The notes beneath the pieces are model-generated. The model was not told the DNA's origin. It worked only from the letters and a program-made list of their open reading frames with translations, and did no database searches. A stretch of DNA of 64,000 nucleotides from positions 120,625-184,624 of the forward strand of contig CAWABY010000017.1 in assembly GCA_963780395.1 (NCBI GenBank). Direction: 5' to 3'. This DNA is from an uncultured Solirubrobacterales bacterium (GTDB taxonomy: Bacteria > Actinomycetota > Thermoleophilia > Solirubrobacterales > 70-9). The translations under genes and the position numbers were made by a program. Below, piece by piece: positions 1 through 8,099 of this stretch (positions are counted from its first letter, which is position 1; each line of letters starts with the position of its first letter).

Positions 1-707
1 AGACGCGCGACCAGGGGAGCCAGCTTCAGCAGGGCGTTCTCGCCGATCTTCGGCAGCGACGCGTGGCCAGCGCGCCCGCTCGTCTTGACGCGGCAGCGGA
101 AGACCCCCTTCTCGCCGACGCAGAGCGTGTAGATGCGGCGTCCCTCGATCTCGATTGACCAGCCGCCGCCCTCGTTGAGCACGAAGTCGCTCCGCACCTT
201 TTCGGGGTGCCGCTCGCAGAGCCATTGCGCGCCGAGGTCGCCGCCCGTCTCCTCGTCGGCGGTTATGACCAACAGCAGCTCGCCTCGCGGCGGCCGCCAG
301 CCGCTGCGCCCCAGGGCGAGGCAGGCGGCGAGCTCGGCCGCGACCTGGCCCTTCATGTCCAGCGCGCCGCGCCCCCAGACCCAGCCGTCCACGAGCTCGC
401 CGCCCCACGGGTCGCGGCTCCACTCCTCGGGGTCGGCGCGAACGGTGTCGACGTGGGAGAGCAGGGTCACGGTCGGCCCGTCGGCCTCACCGGTCAGCCT
501 CGCGATCAGGTTGGCGCGCCCGGGCTCGGCCTCAAGCAGCTCGCACTCGAAGCCCGCGTCCCGCAGCAACGCCGCGCTCTGCTCCTGCACGGCGCGCTCC
601 TCGCCGGGCGGGTTGACGGTGTCGACCCGAATCAGGCGCTGAAGCTGCTCGACGGCGAGTGGGCCGAGGCCGGCCGGGGAAGCTGCGGTCGTGGTCGCGT
701 CCGCCAC
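1..707 (-). CDS. M20 family metallopeptidase (ArgE/DapE/CPG2-like); C-terminal part runs off the window
   Basis: Own translation of the minus strand from GTG 707 gives [37 protein letters not shown]...LLSHVDTVRADPEEW...WGRGALDMKGQVAAE...ITADEETGG. The HxD and GRGxxDMKG motifs are typical of M20 peptidases. The ORF is absent from the track because no stop lies in the window. Confidence 0.75.
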   Translation of the reverse strand, partial: MADATTTAASPAGLGPLAVEQLQRLIRVDTVNPPGEERAVQEQSAALLRDAGFECELLEAEPGRANLIARLTGEADGPTVTLLSHVDTVRADPEEWSRDPWGGELVDGWVWGRGALDMKGQVAAELAACLALGRSGWRPPRGELLLVITADEETGGDLGAQWLCERHPEKVRSDFVLNEGGGWSIEIEGRRIYTLCVGEKGVFRCRVKTSGRAGHASLPKIGENALLKLAPLVAR

Positions 708-2106
708 GCGGCCCACTTTAGCCCGGGGGCGGCACGCTCATACTGAGGGGGTGAGCGAGCAGCTGTTCGAGAGCGGAGAGGAGGCCCGGGGAAGAACGCG
801 CGTCCCGGCCGGCGAGGCGCCGCTGGCGACGCGAATGCGCCCGCGCGACCTGGACGAGTTCGTCGGGCAGGGCGATCTGCTCGAGCCCGGCTCGGCGCTG
901 CGTGTCGCGATCGAGTCCGGCGAGCCCCACAGCGCCGTCTTCTACGGGCCCCCGGGCACCGGCAAGACGACGCTAGCGCGGATCATCGCCGCCACCGCCT
1001 CCGGCGCCTTCGAGGAGCTCTCGGCCGTCAACGCGGGCCGCCCCGAAGTGCGCGAGGTGATCGCGCGCGCCGAGGAGAGGCGCGCGGCCGGCCGGCCGAC
1101 GATCTTCTTCCTGGACGAGATCCACCGCTTCAACAAGGCCCAGCAGGACGCGCTGCTGCCGGCGGTGGAGGAGGGGCTGCTGACGCTGATCGGCGCCACC
1201 ACCGAGAACCCTTACTTCGAGGTCAACTCGGCGCTGCTCTCGCGCACCCAGATCTACGAGTTCAGGCCCCTCACCGACGAGGACATCGCGGGGCTGCTGC
1301 GCCGCGCGCTCAGCGACGAGCGCGGGATCCCGGACCCGCCCGAGGTCGCCCCCGATGCGCTCGAGATGCTGGCCGCGCGCGCCGGCGGCGACGCCCGTGT
1401 GGCGCTGGCGGCGCTGGAGCGCGCGGTCGAGACGACCCGCGCTGCCGGCGACGGCGAGGTCGAGATGGAGGCGGTCGAGGACGCGCTGCAGCGCAAGGCC
1501 CTGCTCTATGACCGCGAGGGCGACCGCCACTACGACTACATCTCGGCCTGGATCAAGGCGACCCGGGGGTCTGACGTGGACGCCTCGCTCTACTACCTGG
1601 CAGTGATGCTGGAGGGCGGTGAGGACCCGCGCTTCATCGCCCGCCGCATGGTCATCTTCGCCTCGGAGGACGTCGGCAACGCCGACCCGCAGGCGCTGCT
1701 GATCGCGACCGCTGCCGCCCAGGCGGTGGACAGGGTCGGCCTGCCCGAGTGCGCGCTCAACCTGAGCCAGGCGGCCGCCTACCTGGCGCTGGCCCCCAAG
1801 TCGAACGCCTCGACGACGGCAATCTCTCGCGCGATGGGACACGTGCGCGAGCACGGCGCCGCCGAGCCGCCCCCGTACCTGCAGGACGCCCACTACCCCG
1901 GCGCCAAGCAGCTCGGCCGCGGCTCGGGCTACCGCTACCCCCACGACGAACCGGGCGGGGTCAGCGACCAAGCGCTGGCACCCGAGGCCGTCAGCGGCGA
2001 GCGCTTCTACGAGCCGACCGACCGCGGCTTCGAGGCCGAGCTTCGCACCCGGCTCGAGCGGCTGCGCCAGCGGCTCGGCGGCGGCCCGAAGCCGGATACC
2101 GACTAA
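691..2106 (+). CDS. rarA: Replication-associated recombination protein A (AAA+ ATPase, MgsA/RarA)
   Basis: ORF 691-2106. Walker [16 protein letters not shown], Walker [12 protein letters not shown], and the MgsA C-terminal signature [20 protein letters not shown]. The more likely start is GTG 751 (VSEQLFE...), because 691-707 overlaps the divergent M20 gene. Confidence 0.9.
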   Translation: MVASATRPTLARGRHAHTEGVSEQLFESGEEARGRTRVPAGEAPLATRMRPRDLDEFVGQGDLLEPGSALRVAIESGEPHSAVFYGPPGTGKTTLARIIAATASGAFEELSAVNAGRPEVREVIARAEERRAAGRPTIFFLDEIHRFNKAQQDALLPAVEEGLLTLIGATTENPYFEVNSALLSRTQIYEFRPLTDEDIAGLLRRALSDERGIPDPPEVAPDALEMLAARAGGDARVALAALERAVETTRAAGDGEVEMEAVEDALQRKALLYDREGDRHYDYISAWIKATRGSDVDASLYYLAVMLEGGEDPRFIARRMVIFASEDVGNADPQALLIATAAAQAVDRVGLPECALNLSQAAAYLALAPKSNASTTAISRAMGHVREHGAAEPPPYLQDAHYPGAKQLGRGSGYRYPHDEPGGVSDQALAPEAVSGERFYEPTDRGFEAELRTRLERLRQRLGGGPKPDTD

Positions 2107-2255
2107 TAGAGCCAGATTAAGAGGATGTTGCGCGGGTGCCGCGGGTGCGGGCAAGCGCAACATTTCCGGCGAGGGCGTGTTCTGTGGGGAGTCTGACGCT
2201 CCGGACGCGAAGGTTCGCCGGAGCCGGCGCGTGTAAAGCCGGGGAGTGGACACAA

Positions 2256-2300
2256 GGGGGCCGGAAGCCGGGGGATAGCTTCCGGCCCCCGCCTTTTTTT
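2256..2300 (+). terminator. Rho-independent terminator (perfect 13-bp GC stem, 9-nt loop, T7 tract)
   Basis: gggggccggaagc (2256-2268) pairs perfectly with gcttccggccccc (2278-2290) and is followed by gcc+ttttttt (2294-2300). The T-run is present only on the + strand. Confidence 0.85.
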
Positions 2301-2381
2301 CGGGAGGCCTTCTTGGGGGAAGAAGGGAGAGGGGCCCTGGCGGGGGCTCCTCCTCCGCCTGCCCCTAGAATCGATTGCCCG

Positions 2382-4028
2382 ATGGCCTCCGCCACCAGCA
2401 AGACGACCCGGGCCAAGTCGAACTCGAAGGGCGCCGCCAAGTCCGGGGCCAAGGACAAGCCGCAGCCAGGGCTGGAGTCGTTCAACCCCGCCACCGGCGA
2501 GCTGGTCGGCACCGTCGAGACGATCACCCCGGCCAAGGTCCAGGGCGTCGTCGACGACGTCGCCGAGGTGCAGCCGTTCTGGGCGCAGCTGTCGCTGGCC
2601 GATCGCGCGCGCTACATGCGGCGCGCGGGCGACGTGCTGCTGGCCGAGATCGACGAGCTGGCCGAGCTGCTGACCCGCGAGCAGGGGAAGCCGCGGGTGG
2701 AGAGCTACACGATGGAGCTGCTGCCGACCGTGGACGCGCTCAAGTGGATCGCCGACGAGGGCCCGGACATCCTCTCGGACGAGCGGGTGCCGATGCCCCA
2801 GGCCTTCCTGAAGACGAAGCGGTCGAAGTTCGTCTACGAGCCGCTCGGCGTCGTCGGCGTGATCGCGCCGTGGAACTACCCGTGGTCGATCCCCTTCGGC
2901 GAGGTCGCGATCGCGCTGATGGCCGGCAACGGGGTCGTGCTGAAGCCGGCCAGCCTGACTCCGATGATCGGCGAGCGGATCCGGATGCTGTTCGAGAAGG
3001 CGGGCTTCCCCGAGGGGCTGGTCCGCACGGTCCACGGGGGCGGGCGCATCGGCGACGCGCTGGTGAAGTCATCGGCCCAGAAGATCTTCTTCACCGGCTC
3101 CGTCGAGGTCGGCTACAAGGTCGGGGCCGCCGCCGCCAAGCGGATGAAGGGCGCGGTGCTGGAGCTGGGCGGCAAGGACCCCCAGCTCGTCTGCGCCGAC
3201 GCCGACCTGGCGAACGCCGTCTCGGGCGCCGTCTGGGGCGGCTTCGCCAACGCCGGCCAGACCTGCTCGGGGATCGAGCGCGTCTACGTCCACCGCGACG
3301 TCGCCGACCGCTTCCTGGAGGGAGTCGTCCGCGAGACCGAGCGACTCACCGTGGGCGACCCGCTCGACTGGTCGACCGAGATCGGCCCGATGGTCTCCGA
3401 AGACCAGGCCCAGACCGTCGCCGAGCTGGTCGCCGACGCCGTCGAGCACGGTGCCACCAAGCTCACCGGCGGCCCCACCAAGGTCAAGGGGATGAAGGGC
3501 AGCTTCATCGCGCCGGTCGTGCTGACCGGGGTCACGCACGAGATGCGCATCATGAAGGAGGAGATCTTCGGCCCGGTGCTCCCGATCGTGACCGTGGACA
3601 GCGAGGAGCAGGGGGTGGAGCTCGCCAACGACTCCGACTTCGGGCTCGGCGCCTCGGTCTGGACCACCGACCGGGCCAAGGGCGAGCGCATCGCCCGCCG
3701 GATCCAGTCGGGGATGGTCTGGGTCAACGACCACTCCTTCTCGCACGGTGCCTGCCAGTGCGCCTGGGGCGGGGTCAAGGACTCCGGCCTTGGCCGCTCG
3801 CACTCCAAGTTCGGCTTCTACGAGTGCGTCAACGTGAAGCTGGTCAGCTGGGAGCCCGGTTGGACCCGCGACTTCTGGTGGCAGCCGTATGACCGCGACC
3901 TGGGCCAGGCGATCCGCTCATCGGCCCAATTGCTCTACGGCCGCAACGGCAAGCGCCTCGAAGCCCTACGCGAGGGCGCGGGCGCCCTCGCCAGGGTCGG
4001 GCGAAAGACCCTGCAAAAGGGCAAGTAG
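2382..4028 (+). CDS. NAD(P)-dependent aldehyde dehydrogenase family protein
   Basis: ORF 2136-4028. ALDH motifs VVLKPASLTP, ELGGKDP (catalytic Glu), FANAGQTCSGIERVYV (catalytic Cys) and EEIFGPVL. ATG 2382 was chosen because the upstream part of the ORF runs through the terminator hairpin and low-complexity sequence. Confidence 0.9.
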   Translation: MASATSKTTRAKSNSKGAAKSGAKDKPQPGLESFNPATGELVGTVETITPAKVQGVVDDVAEVQPFWAQLSLADRARYMRRAGDVLLAEIDELAELLTREQGKPRVESYTMELLPTVDALKWIADEGPDILSDERVPMPQAFLKTKRSKFVYEPLGVVGVIAPWNYPWSIPFGEVAIALMAGNGVVLKPASLTPMIGERIRMLFEKAGFPEGLVRTVHGGGRIGDALVKSSAQKIFFTGSVEVGYKVGAAAAKRMKGAVLELGGKDPQLVCADADLANAVSGAVWGGFANAGQTCSGIERVYVHRDVADRFLEGVVRETERLTVGDPLDWSTEIGPMVSEDQAQTVAELVADAVEHGATKLTGGPTKVKGMKGSFIAPVVLTGVTHEMRIMKEEIFGPVLPIVTVDSEEQGVELANDSDFGLGASVWTTDRAKGERIARRIQSGMVWVNDHSFSHGACQCAWGGVKDSGLGRSHSKFGFYECVNVKLVSWEPGWTRDFWWQPYDRDLGQAIRSSAQLLYGRNGKRLEALREGAGALARVGRKTLQKGK

Positions 4029-4112
4029 TCGCGAAAGCTCCGTCCGGCGGCTGAGTTAAATGTCAGCAAAGCCCAACAACAAGCCGCCGAAATTTGGTAT
4101 CCACCCGCGTTC

Positions 4113-5064
4113 ATGTTTTCGCCCGCTCGCCCCATTTCACGGATTCTGTTCGCCGCCGGGTCGCTGTTCGCGATCGCCCTGGCGCTGTTCGCCCAGCACC
4201 TGCTGGGCGGCCGAGCCGACGCCGCCGCGCCCGCCGCGGCGGGTGAGCCCACCGCCGCGGCGGCGGGCAAGGGCCAACCCAGCGCCGCCGCGGCGGGCAG
4301 GGGAATAAGGATGGTGACCAGGAAGTTCCGCATGGGCCGGCCCAACCAGAAGCGGCGGCTGACCGTCCGCTGTCCGGGGAACAAGTGGCCGATGGGCGGC
4401 GGGGTGAAGACGAATCCGCCCCTGAGCGCGGGCGGCGAGGGCGTCTACCCGCACTCCTACGAGCGCCTGGGCGTCCAGGGTGGCTTCCACACGACCCCCG
4501 TGCTCTGGGACCCGACCCCGCGCCACACCCAGCGCCGGACGGTGAAGCTGCAGGTGATGTGCGGCCGCAAGCTCGGCAGGGTGACCCCTCCGCACAGGAC
4601 CAAGTGGGTGAGGCCCGGAAAGACGAAGACCGTGATCGCAACCTGTCCCGGCCGCCGGCACCTGTTCGGCGGAGGCTTTCAGCGCACCAACTTCATCTCG
4701 CGCGGCGGCAACTTCGTGACCGAGTCCCACGCGATCTCGAGCAAGTCCTGGAAGGTGGTCGCCCACGCCTTCGGCGACTTCGGCGGCGAGATCACCGCGA
4801 TCGCCTACTGCATGCGGAGCAGGCGCCCGCTGCTGCGGGCAGGTCTCGGCCTCGACCACGATCGGACACGGCCAGGTCGGCACGGCGAGGACGCCATCAT
4901 GCCCGGGCAAGCGCCGCCTCGTCTACGGCGGCTTCAGCGGCTCGCCCTCGGGTGCGATGTTCATGGCCGACGGGCACTTCAAGCGCGACGGGTCGTGGTC
5001 CACCTCGGCCTTCAACCGCTTCGGTCCGACCGCCAACCTGACCGCCTACGGCTACTGCCTCTAG
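4113..5064 (+). CDS. Secreted/anchored hypothetical protein with three Cys-Pro-Gly...GGGF modules; reading frame interrupted (+1) near 4836-4840 as sequenced
   Basis: ORF 4113-5099 has an N-terminal hydrophobic anchor and the modules VRCPGNKWPMGGGV and ATCPGRRHLFGGGF. The third module (PSCPGKRRLVYGGF...TAYGYCL*) is found only in the +1 frame, which ends at TAG 5062-5064. The frame-0 tail is Arg/Leu-rich nonsense. Confidence 0.6.
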
Positions 5065-5079
5065 GGCTCGGCCGCCCGC

Positions 5080-5805
5080 CTAGCGCGCTTTCGGCCTGAA
5101 GCGCACGTGCAGGTGGTCGTCGTGGTAGACCAGGCGCTGCACCCGGCGGCCGCGCTGCGATCCCCTGTGGCCGAGGCCCGTGCTGGGCCCGACGAAGACG
5201 TAGACGGCGCCCGCCTTGACGAAGCGCCGCACCAGGTCACGGGCGAGCGGATGGTCGATCTGGGAGACGGCTGTGATCGAGCGCTCCTGCCCGTCGGCGC
5301 GAGGGTAGTAGAGGTCGACGTCGAGCCCGTTCTGGTGGGAGGCGTGGCCGAGCCCTCCGTAGCGCCGCCCGAAGGGCCCGCCGTTGGGCCTGCTGATGTC
5401 GGCGATCCCCACCCGCGCGGCGCCCGGGTGCGCGGCGCGATATGAGCCCAGCACCCGCAGCAGCGCCCTCAGCGTCGTGTCGGCCCCCCAGCGCCGCCAG
5501 GGGCGATTGGGAGAGCGCCCGGTGATCGGGTCCCAGGTGAAGAAGTCCTCGCCCTCGGCGGGCAGCTGCACCCCCCTGACCAGGAAGCCGTCGTTGGTGG
5601 CCCCGACCGCGGTCGACTTGCGCCACAGGATCGGGCCCTCCTCGACCTGCTCGATCGCCGAGCTCGGGGCGGGCGCCGGGGCGCCCTGGGCGTGGGCGAG
5701 CGCTCCGCCCAACGCCAATGGGGCAAGAACGAGGGTTGCGACCAGGACCCGCACCGGGCCCGATGGTAGGTGCAAGGCGTCGGCCCGGCGGCTGCAGCAG
5801 TTCAT
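5080..5805 (-). CDS. Penicillin-insensitive murein endopeptidase-like protein (peptidase M74/MepA-like), secreted
   Basis: ORF 5080-5805 has a signal-like N-terminus. GHASHQNGLDVDLYY and YHDDHLHVRF match the MepA-type metal-binding motifs HxSHQxGLDVD and HxDHxHVR. Confidence 0.7.
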   Translation of the reverse strand: MNCCSRRADALHLPSGPVRVLVATLVLAPLALGGALAHAQGAPAPAPSSAIEQVEEGPILWRKSTAVGATNDGFLVRGVQLPAEGEDFFTWDPITGRSPNRPWRRWGADTTLRALLRVLGSYRAAHPGAARVGIADISRPNGGPFGRRYGGLGHASHQNGLDVDLYYPRADGQERSITAVSQIDHPLARDLVRRFVKAGAVYVFVGPSTGLGHRGSQRGRRVQRLVYHDDHLHVRFRPKAR

Positions 5806-5819
5806 CTAGATTCGCCCCG

Positions 5820-6452
5820 GTGCCATCTGCGAAAGCCAGGCGCGCGATCGAGCTGCGGGGGCTGCGCCGCGAGTTCGGCGAGCGCGCCGCTTTGTCCGGG
5901 ATCGACGTCGAGTTGGCGGCCGGTCAGACCCTGGCCGTGCTCGGCCCCAACGGGTCGGGCAAGACGACGCTGTTGCGGATCCTCGCCGGGCTGCTGCGCC
6001 CCAGCGGCGGCGAGGCCGCTGTGCTCGGCTGCCCGCTGCCGGCCGAGACGTGGCGTCTGCGCGGCCGGGTCGGCTACCTCGGCCACAGCCCCTCGCTGTA
6101 CCGCGACCTGACCCCGCGCGAGAACCTGCGCCTGGCCGCGAGGCTGCACGCGCTGGGCGAGGCCGGGGAGGCGCGCCTCGCGGAGCTGTTGGCGGCGGTC
6201 GGGATGGAGGGGCGGGCCGACGACCGCGTGGCCGAGCTCTCGGCCGGGATGGCGCAGCGGATCGCCGCCTGCATGGCGGTCCTGCACGAGCCCGAGCTGC
6301 TGCTGCTGGACGAGCCGGACTCCCACCTCGACGAGCGGGCGCGGGAGCTGGTCGGCACCGTCACCGGTCCCGCCCCCGGTCGCACCCGTGTCCTGGTCAG
6401 CCACGAGCGCAAGCGCGCCTTGGCGCAGGCCGACCTGGCCCTGGAGCTCTGA
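5820..6452 (+). CDS. ccmA: Heme exporter ABC ATP-binding protein CcmA
   Basis: ORF 5718-6452. Walker A GPNGSGKTTLLRILAG, signature LSAGMAQR, Walker B LLLLDEP. The size and its position upstream of ccmB/ccmC fit CcmA. GTG 5820 was chosen to avoid overlap with the divergent gene that ends at 5805. Confidence 0.8.
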   Translation: MPSAKARRAIELRGLRREFGERAALSGIDVELAAGQTLAVLGPNGSGKTTLLRILAGLLRPSGGEAAVLGCPLPAETWRLRGRVGYLGHSPSLYRDLTPRENLRLAARLHALGEAGEARLAELLAAVGMEGRADDRVAELSAGMAQRIAACMAVLHEPELLLLDEPDSHLDERARELVGTVTGPAPGRTRVLVSHERKRALAQADLALEL

Positions 6453-7120
6453 TGGACGGCTACCTGGCGCTGCTCGGCAAGGACCTGCGCGTGGAGCTAC
6501 GCACGCTGCGCTCGCTGCCCGCGATGGCCCTGTTCGCGGTCACCACCTTCGTCATCTTTCGCTTCGGCCTGGACCGCACCGAGCTCGAGGGCGGCTTGGC
6601 CGCGGGGGTGCTGGTTGCGACGCTGCTGTTCGCGGCGATCCTGGCGATCAACCGCCTGTTCGTGCCCGAGCGCGAGGAGGGGGGCTTCGAGCTGGTCCGC
6701 CTCGCCCCCCTTGACCGCACCGTGCTGTTCGCCGCCAAGGCCTCGGCGCTGTTCATCTACCTCTGCGCGCTGGAGCTGGTCGCGGTGCCGATATTCGCGC
6801 TCTTCTTCCTCGACTCAGCGGCCGCGCTGGGGCCGCTGGTTCCGGTGCTGCTGCTGGCCAACGCGGGCCTGGCCGTGACGGGAACGCTGATCTCGACGAT
6901 CGCGACCATGTCCAGCGCCCGCGACCTGCTGGCGCCGCTGATCCTGCTGCCATTGCTGGTCCCGCTGGTGATCGCGGCTTCGAACGGAGCGGAGCCGCTG
7001 CTGCGCGCCGGCGGGCCCGAATATGACAAGTTCGGCACCTGGCTGGCCGTGCTCGGCCTCTACGATCTGGTGTTCGCGCTGGTCGGCTACGCGGTCTTCG
7101 ACTTCCTGCTCGAGGACTAG
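6452..7120 (+). CDS. ccmB: Heme exporter membrane protein CcmB
   Basis: The internal ATG at 6452 of ORF 6050-7120 overlaps the ccmA stop (cTGATGg). MDGYLALLGKDLRVELRTLRS... encodes a roughly 222-aa polytopic protein of CcmB size and pattern. Confidence 0.8.
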   Translation: MDGYLALLGKDLRVELRTLRSLPAMALFAVTTFVIFRFGLDRTELEGGLAAGVLVATLLFAAILAINRLFVPEREEGGFELVRLAPLDRTVLFAAKASALFIYLCALELVAVPIFALFFLDSAAALGPLVPVLLLANAGLAVTGTLISTIATMSSARDLLAPLILLPLLVPLVIAASNGAEPLLRAGGPEYDKFGTWLAVLGLYDLVFALVGYAVFDFLLED

Positions 7121-7148
7121 GGCCGGAGGCGCGGACCATGGACACGAG

Positions 7149-7908
7149 ATGACCTTTCCGACCCTGCGCACGCTCACGATCGCGACCGCGGCGACCCTGC
7201 TCGCCGGCTTCGCCCTCGCCTTCCTCTACGCGCCAATTGAACGCGAGGGCTTCATCCAGAAGATCTTCTACCTGCACGTGCCGCTGGCGATCGTCGCCCT
7301 GGTCGGCTTCGTGGTCGCCGCCCTGTTCGCGATCAAGCACCTGCGCAGCCGACGACCCGCGCTGGGACGCGCGCTCCTACGTTGCGATCCACATGTCGGT
7401 GATCTTCGGCACCGGGGCGCTGCTGACCGGGGCGCTCTGGGCGAAGGGGCAGTGGGGCGTGTGGTGGGAGTGGCGCGAGCCGACCCTGGTCAGCTTCCTG
7501 ATCGTGTTCCTGCTCTACGCGACCTACTACCCGCTGCGATACGCGGTCGAGGACCGGGACCGCCAGGCCCGCTACGCCTCGGTGTTCGCGATCACCGCCG
7601 GGGCCTTCATCCCCCTCAACTTCATGGCGGTGCGGCTGGCCGAGCCCTTCATCCACCCCCGCACCTTCTCGTCCACCGGCGGCCTGCCCGGCGAGATGCT
7701 GCTCGCCTTCCTGGTCTGCCTTGCGGGGATGGCGCTGCTGTGGGCCTCGCTGGTCCGCTTCGAGCTGGACGCCAAGGGCGCCGCCGCCGACCTGGCGCGC
7801 CTGCGCCGGGCCCTGGAGCCGACCGAGGCCCCGGCCCCGCCGCGGCGCTCGGTGGCGCCGGCGGGCGTCACGGCGCAGTCCGGACCGCCGCCGGGTGCGG
7901 GCCGATGA
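7149..7908 (+). CDS. ccmC: Heme exporter/heme lyase-associated membrane protein CcmC (CcsA/CcmC family); +1 frame break near 7350 as sequenced
   Basis: The N-terminus MTFPTLRTLTIATAATLLAG...FAIKHLRS lies in the frame of ORF 7023-9440. The protein continues as DDPRWDARSYVAIHMSVIFGTGALLTGALWAKGQWGVWWEWREPTL (the Trp-rich WGxWWxW motif) in ORF 7237-7908. Confidence 0.75.
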
Positions 7909-8099
7909 CCCCGCTGCTCGCGCTCGAGTCCGGTGAGGGCTACGTCGCCGGCGCATACCTCGCCTTCCTGGCGCTGCTGCTGATCTACATCGCGATCATG
8001 GCCGGCAAGCTCAGCCGCATCCAACGGGCCATCCGCGAGCTCGCCGACCGCGGAGGGGAAGCCGCGATGAGCGGGCGACCTACATCTAAGGAGTCCGCG
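7905..8099 (+). CDS. CcmD-like small single-pass membrane protein; no stop codon, open in frame into hemA
   Basis: ATG 7905 overlaps the ccmC stop (ATGA). MTPLLALESGEGYVAGAYLAFLALLLIYIAIMAGKLSRIQRAIRELA has the CcmD layout: a YVxxAY motif, one TM helix and a basic tail. The frame continues without a stop into hemA. Confidence 0.5.
8088..8093 (+). promoter_or_regulatory. Shine-Dalgarno sequence (AAGGAG) for hemA
   Basis: aaggag lies 6 nt upstream of ATG 8100, inside the open ccmD-like frame. Confidence 0.6.

Noticed and set aside
2190-2245. Possible guanidine (ykkC-III / mini-ykkC) or Mn (yybP-ykoY) riboswitch, because of CCGGACG...GGTTCGCC and GGGGAGT strings.
   Set aside because: The resemblance is limited to a few nucleotides. 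The pseudoknot or paired ACGR-loop architecture cannot be drawn, and the downstream gene (ALDH) is not a typical regulated target. It is kept only as an unclassified structured RNA.
973-2253. Long antisense or out-of-frame ORFs overlapping well-supported genes. Examples: 973-2253(-), 7572-10157(-), 9437-11830(-), 13163-14734(-), 17090-18967(-), 25906-29340(-), 40807-43812(-), 45523-46692(-), 56761-58647(-), 59148-60749(-).
   Set aside because: Their translations are monotonous Arg/Pro/Ala/Gly strings with no motifs. They lie opposite or out of frame to genes with clear family signatures. Stop-codon scarcity in ~70% GC DNA explains them.
4040-4095. cggcggc...gccgccg pairing after the ALDH stop as a terminator.
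   Set aside because: The loop would be about 30 nt, and the downstream tract is AAATTT rather than a U-run. This is not convincing as an intrinsic terminator.
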